From assembly GCF_001194135.2 (NCBI RefSeq), contig NC_068981.1, forward strand, positions 71,446,360-71,510,359: 64,000 nucleotides of DNA. Reading direction: 5' to 3'. Position 1 is the stretch's first letter. Each line of letters starts with the position of its first letter. The stretch is from Octopus bimaculoides (taxonomy: Eukaryota). Made by a program: the position numbers and the translations under genes. The notes beneath the pieces were generated by a model that searched no databases, was not told where the DNA came from, and worked only from the letters and a program-made list of their open reading frames with translations. Positions 51,108-62,900 of the stretch are shown one piece after another.

Positions 51108-53946
51108 GTAAGTTACAGCTCATTGTTATTTTTGTTACTTTATTAAAAATATTTTATACTATATTTGGGTAATACATTTGATTGAAAACGTCGATACGTA
51201 TTGCTTTGCTTCAAGTTCTTTACTCTCAATCAACATGATTCGTTTGTAGGAAATGTTTTGTGTATAAATTTAACATAGGAATTTTTCATGAATTATCTGC
51301 AGATACTTGCAGTAATACTGATGTCATATAAGGGTATAACTACAGATTTAGAAGAGAACAAATATGAGATTAGGGATTTAATTCTATCTTCAACCCTCTT
51401 GTAAATTTTCAGATTAACACCCGCACGATTTTCACTAGGCTGTTAGGGTTAGGGAATTCCGTCCCTAATCCTGACCCTAACACCCTAGTGAAAATCGTGC
51501 AGGTGTTAATTCGAAAATTTACCAATTTTTCTTTCTTGATCGTCGAATAATTAATTTTTTGGAAAATAATTGATAATATCTTTATATTAGCCATCTCTTG
51601 CTCCAATATAAGGTCTGGAATCGTCTTAGATTAAATAAAGCTTTAGATTCGCTGCAAAGTTAGGAGTTTAGTAAATTACTTGTCCAGTATCTGTGTTTTG
51701 TTTCCTTTCTGTTGTGTACTTCAGAATTAGCTGCCACAAATACGTTATAATATGCAAATTGATATACCCGATTTACTTCTGTGATTAGTTGGTTTATAAG
51801 CAATATCGCGGAGGACAGTTAAAGAGGCTTTTTTTTTTTTGATGTCTATTAAATACAGTTTTTTTATACAAAATCTCGTTATATTCAGTGGTACGCAATA
51901 ACATTAGGTTATGCTATTCGAGTACTGAACTTCTGAAGCCAAACTTGGTAAAAAAAAAAAAAAAAACTATAAAGGTTTGTTGATAGTAGAAACTAAAGTA
52001 TCTGTAGTCCCCTGTAGAATATCTACTCGTTTTTTTGGTTTCTTGCACTGTAAAAAAAGAAGGAAGCGGTGGAAAAGTTTCGCATCTGACACTGCCAGCC
52101 CAACTTTAACAGAGTTTGGGGACTGACAGCAGCCTGAAGGACAGTCTCTATCTACAGAACCAGCAAAGTCATTACCTGCTGTAAGTACAGGAACCAAATG
52201 AATCAGTTATATTTCTCTCCAGCAAATTTGATTTGGTCTTGTACCTGATAAGAATCAATATTACAATGAAATTTAAATATCTTGAATTTTTAGATTAGAT
52301 TTCTCTTTGAAAATGCATAAACTAAAACTGAAAAATACAGTATTGACTAGATATATTAAAACAAATATGAAAATGTAAATATTGCAAATATTTACATATT
52401 CTGTCTCTAAACTATCGATGACTCTTATTTTAATGGTATGAAACATAATTTGTCAGTAATACCAAAAGAAAACTCTTAGTTATCTTATTCTGATTTAAAC
52501 TTTCAGGATCTCAAACAATAAAACCTGTGAAACACTAACAATAGTTTTCCAGCACCACTATGTACCATTATCAATACAATATATTCTGCATTTTCATATA
52601 TTAATAAGACAAAGAATGAGATTATTGTATACCATACTCAGGTACACTACAACTCAACAGCAAAGGATAAAAGTAAGATCAGAAAGCAGCCATCATCATC
52701 ATCATCATCATCATCGTTTAACGTCCGCTTTCCATGCTAGCATGGGTTGGACGATTTGACTGAGGACTGGNNNNNNNNNNNNNNNNNNNNNNNNNNNNNN
52801 NNNNNNNNNNNNNNNNNNNNNNNNNNNNNNNNNNNNNNNNNNNNNNNNNNNNNNNNNNNNNNNNNNNNNNNNNNNNNNNNNNNNNNNNNNNNNNNNNNNN
52901 NNNNNNNNNNNNNNNNNNNNNNNNNNNNNNNNNNNNNNNNNNNNNNNNNNNNNNNNNNNNNNNNNNNNNNNNNNNNNNNNNNNNNNNNNNNNNNNNNNNN
53001 NNNNNNNNNNNNNNNNNNNNNNNNNNNNNNNNNNNNNNNNNNNNNNNNNNNNNNNNNNNNNNNNNNNNNNNNNNNNNNNNNNNNNNNNNNNNNNNNNNNN
53101 NNNNNNNNNNNNNNNNNNNNNNNNNNNNNNNNNNNNNNNNNNNNNNNNNNNNNNNNNNNNNNNNNNNNNNNNNNNNNNNNNNNNNNNNNNNNNNNNNNNN
53201 NNNNNNNNNNNNNNNNNNNNNNNNNNNNNNNNNNNNNNNNNNNNNNNNNNNNNNNNNNNNNNNNNNNNNNNNNNNNNNNNNNNNNNNNNNNNNNNNNNNN
53301 NNNNNNNNNNNNNNNNNNNNNNNNNNNNNNNNNNNNNNNNNNNNNNNNNNNNNNNNNNNNNNNNNNNNNNNNNNNNNNNNNNNNNNNNNNNNNNNNNNNN
53401 NNNNNNNNNNNNNNNNNNNNNNNNNNNNNNNNNGCCTCACCACCTCAGCCCAGGTCTTCCTGGGCCTACCTCTTCCACGGGTTCCCTCAACTGTTAGGGT
53501 GTGGCACTTTTTCACGCAGCTATCCTCCTCCATTCTCACCACATGTCCATACCAGCGCAATCGTCTCTCTTGCACGCCACAACTGATGCTTCTAATGTTC
53601 AGCTTTTCTCTCAAGATACTTACACTCTGACGGGTATTCACATTGACATTACACATCCAACGGAGCATACTGGCTTCATTCCTTGCGAGCTTACGTATGT
53701 CCTCAGCAGTTACAGCCCATGTTTCACTGCCATCATAAGCCCAGTAAATAAATACAACAACGAAAGCCAGAAGTGCATGCATAATACACAGGAGTGGTTG
53801 TGTGATAAGTAGCTTACTTACCAACCACATGGTTCCAGGTTCAGTCCCACTGCATGGCACCTTGGGCAAGTGTCTTCTACTATAGCCTCGGGCCAACCAA
53901 AGCCTTGTGAGTTGATTTGGTAGACGGAAACTGAAAGAAGCCCATC

Positions 53947-53980
<34 letters not shown>

Positions 53981-56733
53981 TTGTCCCCTCAACATCGCTT
54001 GACGACCGATGCTGGTGTGTTTACGTCCCCGTAACTTGGCAGTTTGGCAAAAGAGACCAATAGAATAAGTACTAGGCTTACAAAGAATAAGTCCTGGGGT
54101 CGATTTGCTCGACTAAAGGCGGTGCTCCAGCATGGCCGCAGTCACATGACTGAAACAAGTAAAAGAGTAAAGAGGATGATACATAAGATGGCAACAGTGA
54201 ACAGTGAAAGCCACATAAAGAAGAGGAAAGGGTGAGTTAGCACATAAGAAGTAGCAGTGGCAAATTTCAGGAAGCATGAAAATTTTTAAGGATGCTGACA
54301 GCTAAGAACTGCCATGGGTAATTTATTCAATACTTCAATAATTCTGAGTGTGAAAAGAATGTTTCTGAAGGTCGTGGATGCTGCACTGTTTTCTGATTAT
54401 CCACTAATAATATTGAATTCAAGAAGATGGTCAGAATTGCTATCAGTAGATTGTGTCTAGATATTTAAAAGCAAAGGTGATCCCAAAATATTTAATTCAC
54501 AAGTTTTTGTTTACTCTAACAAGATCACTGAAATAATTATAACTTGAAAATTCCTTCAAATGTATTTATGAATTCTTGCTTTTCAAATTTAATTGAAGTG
54601 TATGTTTATCAAAGTCCTCATTAGAAATATAGATTCATTCCTATTTGTATCTTACTTTATACACTAACAATAACATTCTTCTTCTTTGTTTAGGGTAGAG
54701 AAGTATCGTCCAATTCTGCTAAAAGATATCATCGGAAATGAAGAAACTGTAACCCGTCTTGCAATTTTTGCCAAAGAAGGCAATGTTCCTAATGTTATAA
54801 TAGCAGTAAGTTTAAACATCTTACAAACAATTATTATGCTATTATTTTCAATATCTTTTTATTGTCTATTATACATCCCTGTCATTATGCTACCAAAATT
54901 AATTAGATCAGCCAACATTTAAGGAAAGACTCTTAACATTAATTTCATAAAGAGAGTTAGGGATCATCAGAATCATTAGAACATTGAACTGAAACACCTT
55001 GTGGAACTTAGTTAAAGTCCTTTGTATTCTGAACTCAAGTCAATAAAATGAAGTACTTGTAAAGTACTAGGATCTATTTAATCAGCTATACTGTCATTCC
55101 CAAGTGGAGGCGCAATAGCCCAGTGGTTAGGGCAGCGGACTCGCGGTTTCGATTCCCAAACCGGGCGTTGTGAGTATTTATTGAGCGAAAACACCTAAAG
55201 CTCCACGAGGCTCCGGCAGGGGATGGTGGTGAACCCTGCTGTACTCTTCCACCACAACTTTCTCTCACTCTTACTTCCTGTTTCTGTTGTGCCTGTAATT
55301 CAAAGGGTCAGCCTTGTCACACTGTGTCACGCTGAATATCTCCGAGAACTACGTTAAGGGTACATGTGTCTGTGGAGTGCTCAGCCACTTGCACGTTAAT
55401 TTCACGAGCAGGCTGTTCCGTTGATCGGATCAACTGGAACCCTCGACGTCGTAAGCGACGGAGTGCCAACTGTCACTCCCAAAACTATTGCTTTGTACCA
55501 ATGTTAGAAATTGTTAGTTTCATAAGAAGCTTATTTTTGTTGTTCGCTGCTAGTGTATTTATGGTTATTTTCATTTGTTGATTTCAGGGTCCTCCAGGAA
55601 CAGGAAAAACAACAAGTATCCTCTGCCTGGCACGAGCTCTGCTTGGATCATCATTTAAAGATGCTGTTTTAGAACTTAATGCTTCTAATGACAGGTTTGA
55701 AATGAACAGATATTCCCATTCTGATGTCTAGATTGAGTGTAGGTGACAAATATGTGTGGAAGTTGAAGAGGAATGAAGGGCGGTTTCGTTTCCATAGTAT
55801 ATGTTGTTCATCATTATCATCATCATCATCATCGTTTAATGTCCATTTTCCATGTTGGTATGGGTTATAAATGAAAATGAGTTGTTAATGTACAGAAGGA
55901 AGAATTGAAAAGATATAAGTCTACTTTGGGGTACTTCAGAGTTGAAGGAATGTGAGTTGAATAGAATACCATTAAAGTGGGCTACAGGAACAATGTGACA
56001 AGAGACTGCTGACCCAAGAAATGAGAGGCAGTTGTTACCCATAGGTGGGTACCAAGAGCATGAAATTGCTTGAGTATGATGGAATCATTTGATGCTAGTG
56101 ATTTAGTATAGTTGACTGTACATTGAACCTGTTTTAGCGATAGTGCTTTTTGGCACTACAGGCAAACACACACACATGCATCTGCAGAAATATATGCATA
56201 CATAGAGAGGGAGGAGAGAAAAACATTAAAATGTATTAAATGACCCTTATTGCTACAAACACTTCACTTCACGTATGCATCATGAAAAAACAAATAGAAA
56301 GAGAACTTGTTTGTAGCAATTGGGCTTATTTATTACATCTTAATGTTTATCCCTTTCTCCAATTCTACTCACAATGCTAAAATTTAAATTCACTGTCCAT
56401 TCTTTGTCAGAAATTTACAGAAATCCATTATGAAAATTTTTTTTCTTTTCCATGTTTCCTCAATATTTCAATAACTATCATATACACAAATTGAAGCAGA
56501 AAGTTAAAGGAAGTTTAGTAGTTGTGATTACAAATTACTTTCAACTAGAATAAAAACAAAATTTACATGATGCCAAAAGGTCCTGGGAACTTAGTGTCTA
56601 ATATCAAATAAATCAATGTTGAAAACGATTTATTGTTTTACTTGTTTCAGTTATTAAACTGCGGTCATACTGGGGCACCATTTTGAAGAATTTTGGTCGA
56701 ATGAATCAACCCTAGTATTCATTATACATACAT

Positions 56734-56773
<40 letters not shown>

Positions 56774-56905
56774 TTAGAGAAAAGAACCAAAGTTCATGAA
56801 CTCATCAATAAAAATCCACATATAGAAAAATTAATAAGTTAATACATATATGTGACTGTGGATTTNNNNNNNNNNNNNNNNNNNNNNNNNNNNNNNNNNN
56901 NNNNN

Positions 56906-56936
<31 letters not shown>

Positions 56937-59900
56937 ACAGACCTCTCTTAGTTTCCATCTACCTAATCCACTCACATGGCTTTGGTCAGCCCAAGGCTAT
57001 AGTAGAAAACACATGCCCAAGGTGCCACATAGTGGGACTGAGCTTAGAACCATGTGATTTGGAATCAAGCTTCTTACCACACAGCCACTCCTCTAAGCAA
57101 AAAATAAACCATTCCTGTCATGCAAGCATACAAAATAATGTATATGAAATCATAACACAGTTTAAGACCAATATGGTTTATGTGTGTGTGTATTTATTTA
57201 TATGCATATATTCTAAATATCCCTTTTTGTCTTTTTCTATAAGGGGCATTGATGTTGTTCGCAACAAAATAAAGATGTTTGCTCAACAGAAAGTAACTTT
57301 ACCAAAGGGAAGACACAAGATAATTATTTTAGATGAAGCAGACAGGTAAATAATCTTTGTCATTAAAAAAATATTTGTATCTCTCACTTCTTTATTTCAT
57401 TGAAATCTTATCTCATCATTGTTTTCATAACCATCATCTTCCTTGGCAACATCATGATCTAGTTTCCATATCAAGATATGATAGACATTACTCATTGGTT
57501 TCTTTGATGTCTGTTACTTTTATCCTGGTGTAGCTATGTATCTCCTCTACAGCGAGATACCTGTTTCTGTCTGTCTATCTGTCACATTTTGACCTCATCA
57601 CCTGACACACAGCTACCTCCCCGAATACTACAACTCCTCAGTTAAAGGGTCTTGTCTAGTAAGTTACACCCAAATAGCATCCAGTACATTCTATACAGTG
57701 ACTGGCATTAGGAGGTGCATCCAACTGTAAAAACCATGCCAAAACAAACAGTTGAGCTTGGCACAGTTCTCTTACCCACCAGGTCCTGCTGAACCAGTCA
57801 GTTCATACCTACAGGCAAAACAAACATTAAATGGTGCTGATAATGAGTTTTTTCATTCATTTGTGACATTATGCATCAAGGTCACTGAATTCAATATAAT
57901 TCATAACATAATAAGTATATTGTTGTGAAAGGGGAGACTTTTGTTTTAATAGTCTTTTGCTATACTTTGATGTTTGCTCACATATTAGCCTATAATCCTT
58001 GGATGAAATAAACAGGATCAAACACATTGATTGTGGTGTAGACTCATTCAATACGTGCCAAATGAAAATTACAGTAAGAATGATAGAAAAGCAAATTGTG
58101 TATGGTGATGATATATACACACATGCATGTGTGTTGTCATTCAATGTTTGGTGGGGATATTTTTTTAATATTTGGTTTTGTAAATATTGTAAAGTAGAAA
58201 TATACTTTTTGTCAATTTCTGTTATCTATACATGAAAAAGTACCTCATGCTGAGTAAATTACATACACTTATTGCTCTGCAACAAAAATATTGTTCTGAA
58301 AGTCCAAATTTTGATCAAGTATTTTATTATTTAAATAGATAATTTTGGTTTCAAATTTTGGCACATGGCCTGCAAGTTAAGAGGAGGGTGATAGTCAATT
58401 ACATCAACCCCAGTGCTCAACTGGTACTTATTTTATCGACCCCGAAAGGATGAAAGGCAGAGTCAACCCCAGTATCATTTTCTAAGGAGGCATAGTGGCT
58501 GAGTTCCTTTCGAATGTTGGGCCTGATGGAGGCAAGGTGGTTGTGTTCCTTTTGAGTGTTGGGCCTCATGGAGGCAAAGTGCCCGAGTTCCTTTCGAGTG
58601 TTGGGCCTCACAAAGGCAACGACCAAGACCTTTGGCATTATGTTGTGCTTGAGAAGACCCATCAAGCTGAGCAAAATCGCAGTCATGGTAGATACTAGTG
58701 TCGCGCAAATGGCACATGAAAGCACCCATTATGCTCTCGGAGTGATTGGCGTTAGGAAGGGCATCCAGCTGTAGAAAACCATGCCAAACCAGACTGGAGC
58801 CTGGCGCAGCCTTCCAGTGTGCCAGCCCAGTCAAACCGTCCAACCCATGCCAGCATGGACAATGGACGTTAAATGATGATGATGAACATAAAGACAGACA
58901 AAATTCCACTAAGCATTTTGCCCAGCATGGTAACAATTTTGCCAGCTCACTGATAATGTTAGAAATTTTTATTAATAAAATTCAAAGTCTTATGAGTGGA
59001 TTTAGTAGACAGAAACTGGAAGAAATCCATTATGTGTGTGTACTTAAGTCTTGACATCACATGATGGTTGTACACAAGCCTCACTCTCATACAAGCAATG
59101 TTGCTCATTTCTGCTCTTCCATGAAAAATAAGTCTGGCCATGAGAAAATATTACCAGGGAACAGGTGAGAGTTGGTGACAGGAAGGGCATCTGGTCATAG
59201 AAAATCTACCTCAACAAAATTTTGCCTGACCCTGCAAGCACATGGAAAAGTAGATGTTAAGCAATGATGATTGTTGTTGTTGCACAACATAAAATTGTGA
59301 ACATGTTTGGAGTAAAGGAAGGTTATATATCTTTAAAAAATATGTAATTATCGTTATGGAGAAAACAACTGAAAATATATATTTGAATTTTAGTATGACT
59401 GGTGGGGCCCAGCAAGCTTTAAGGCGTACTATGGAAATTTATTCAAAGACAACTCGATTTGCGCTTGCTTGTAATTCATCAGACAAAATAATTGGTAAGT
59501 ATTTATAGGTTTCTTTTTCATTTTTACTTATCTTTTAGTTGTTTCGGTCATTGGACTGTAGCCATACTGAGAGCACTGCCTTGAAGCGTTTTAATTAAAC
59601 AAATCAACCCCAGTATTTGTTTGTTTTTTTAAAGCCTGGTACTTATTTTATCAGTGTCTTATGCCAAACACTAGATTATGGGAGGTGGGGGGGGTGTAAA
59701 CAAACCAACATTGGTTCTTAAGCAGTGGTGATAAGCACAAACACACACACACATATATAATATATATATGTCAAGCTTCTTTCAGTTTCCATTTAATTAA
59801 TCCACTCACAAGACTTTGGTCAGTCTGGAGCTGTAGTAGAAGTCAGTTACCCAGGGTACCACGCAGTGAAACTGAACCCAGAACAATGTGTTTCGGAAGC

Positions 59901-62900
59901 AAACATCTTGCCTCACAACCACACCTGCACCTATATTGTACATAGATATTATTTGTGCTCATCATATACAGGCCAAAAACTTGGGCTAGTTCAGTAATAT
60001 ACTAAACTGCCAAACATTGATTCAAGCAGTGGTTGAGTAAATAAAACTAGATTTCAATGATGTAATTGTATACATTTAGAATGACATTGTAGGATAGATA
60101 TGAGAAGCCAGATCTGGCTGGTTTGAACATTAAAGATAGAATATTTGAGTCAGATATGGACAGTTTAAATGCTGGCTTGACACTTAAGTTCTTCAAAAAA
60201 ACTGACTTGACATTTAAGTTCTTCAATAAAACATCATACCAAGAGGAGTGATGTGATTAAGAATGAACTGCTACACGTCTTTGGCAAGTGACTGCTGGCA
60301 TGTTGATTTCTTTTTACTTTTAATTTATACAAATTCTTCACTGGAAAATATGCATGTCCTTCTTTTGTCATGTTCAGTATAAAATAATCCAAATAAGGCT
60401 AGCTGGCAGAATCATTAGCACACTGGGCAAAATGCTTAGTGGCATTTCGTCTGTCTCTATGTTTTGAGTTCAAATTTTGCTAAGGTTGACTTTGCCTTTC
60501 ATCCTTTCAGGGTCAATAAGGTAAGTACCAGTTGAGGACTGGGGTCAATGTAATCAACTTGCCCCCCTTCCCTGAAACTTGCAGCTCTTGTGCCAAAATT
60601 TGAAAGGAACTTAAAATCTGTGAATTTACATTCAGTTTTACATAATCTATCATATCTTTATGATATATAAACAATACAAAATATTTTTTAAATCACTTTT
60701 TCTTTACTCACAAGAATTCAAAAATCAAAAGATTTCCCATGTATAGATCATTATGTATTAAAACTTATAATGCTGTATGCAGTTTTCAAAATTGTTGGAG
60801 ATTTTTGATTCACAGTGTTAGACCTATTCATGTTGTTGACATTAAAAATATTTTGATGTTATCACAATATTGACCAGACTCAGATATTGTTATACACCAT
60901 TGGTCTCAATGTGAGGATGCACATTGTAGCTTTCAAATGATGTCACCTGATTGGCTAGACTGACAGGCCAACATTTCCACTGAACAAAGGCCAGTCCATT
61001 GCAGGGTTGCCTACTTATAGCTGAGTGGACTGAAGCAATATGAAATGAAATGTTTTATTCAACAACTCAATGCACCTCCAGTCTGGGAATTGAAACAATG
61101 ATCTTGCAATCATGAATGCAACACCCTAACCACTAGGCCACATGCCTTCATGTTTAGATGTTATATTATCTATTAAATAAATATTTGTATATTGATCTGA
61201 CATGGAAGTGGTATCTCATTTTGAAATCATTGAGGTGACATGACCTCACTGAGAATTACAAATATTGTTGTACTTTATTTCCTTAGAAACTTTTTTTTCA
61301 CTTGGGCTGTTTACTTTATCAACCTTTATCAGAGGGTTTTTTTTTTTGTTTTTTCTATTTTGTATTTTTCTTTTTCCAGAACCAATACAATCACGTTGTG
61401 CAGTGTTGCGTTATTCTCGGTTGACAGATGCACAAGTTTTGTCCCGATTATTGACTATTTGCGAAAAAGAGACAGTCAGTTATACAGATGATGGATTACA
61501 GGCTATTGTATTCACAGCACAAGGTGATATGAGACAGGTTGGGGAAGAAAATAATTACATTTTTACTTTCTATTTACTCCCATTTTTCATACTCAAGTTA
61601 GAACAACTATTTCATAGTTAGATGTCCTTCCTGTTAAATTCCACTCAAAAGATTTTGGCCAACCTTAAAAGACACTTATTCAAGGTGCCATGCAGTGCAA
61701 TCAAACCCAGACCATGTTGTTGCAATACAGGATTCTTAAACACAGAGCCAATCTTAAATCTATTTATTTCTCAGAAGTGCAATATAATAGGTGATCTTAG
61801 ACTTTTGATCTCATAGTTCTTTATCTTAGTCGTTCCTCAACTATTATTGTCACTATCGTAGGAACAGTTTAAGGTTATGCTTTGCCGATTGAAGTCAGAA
61901 GAAAATTAAAATATCCAGAGTTGTCTCCCATACTTTTGAAACTACTATTGGCTATTCAAAGCCGACATTAATTTAATAGGCTTAATTTTTCTTTTTGATT
62001 TTGCAAGATGCAAACTATAATTTCATTAATAAGAAACATACTACATTTTTCCAGAAATGTTATCTACATAGATAAGCATCCAAGCTAAGTCTTAACTATT
62101 ATAGGTCCATTAATCAAAAACATTTTCATCTAGACTTATCATCAGCCTCCTAGTTTATATGTATCCTTTTTGTCCACCCTTTAACTGTTAATATCCATTT
62201 TGTTTGACTCATACTTACTGGATACACATTTGAGATCTAACTAAAAACATCCATAGTTCAGATTGCAAGAAAGAAAGATGAATTCATTATATTGTCAACA
62301 CTGTAACTCTTTAGATGTCAAATATGTATGTTCACACTATTTCAGATTCTACACCCTTATCATTTCCTTCTTTTTTTTTTTTTCTTTTTTTTTAAGGGCT
62401 TGAATAACCTGCAATCTACTTTTCAAGGATTTGGTCATGTTAATAGTGAAAATGTTTTCAAAGTAAGTGCTTTCTTCAAATTTGTAACTCTTAGCATGAC
62501 TATCCTGTATGCCATTAATGGAGCATTGATTGCAAATAGTTACTATTGAACTGAATTACTTAAAAATATTGCCATTCTGAATTCAGATGTGCAATTTACA
62601 TAACTTTACATTCATCTGCCGTTAAAAAATGTTTAGGAGTAGATGACAACAGAATCATTATTGGCAGCCTTGTCTCCAGTCTTTCCACTTTGTACTGAGC
62701 TTTGTAGATTATCTTGTATTTCTTTTCAGGTATGTGATGAACCACACCCTTTGCTAATAAAAGACATGCTGCAACATTGTGTTGATGGTAAAATAGATGA
62801 AGCCTATCAAGTCATGTCACATCTCTGGAAATTGGGATATGCTCCAGAAGACATTATTGGGATTGTGTTTCGTGTTAGCAAAACATTTAACATGGCAGAA

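Noticed and set aside
58503-58620. 42-bp periodic repeats as a CRISPR-like array
   Set aside because: The units are contiguous with no unique spacers, there are no cas genes, and the context is a eukaryotic retroelement.
62643-62729. In-frame 29-codon extension of RFC2 exon 8 from an upstream AG at 62641-62642
   Set aside because: That AG has a purine-rich upstream tract, while the downstream acceptor is strong and restores the conserved protein. An 87-nt open stretch is expected by chance.
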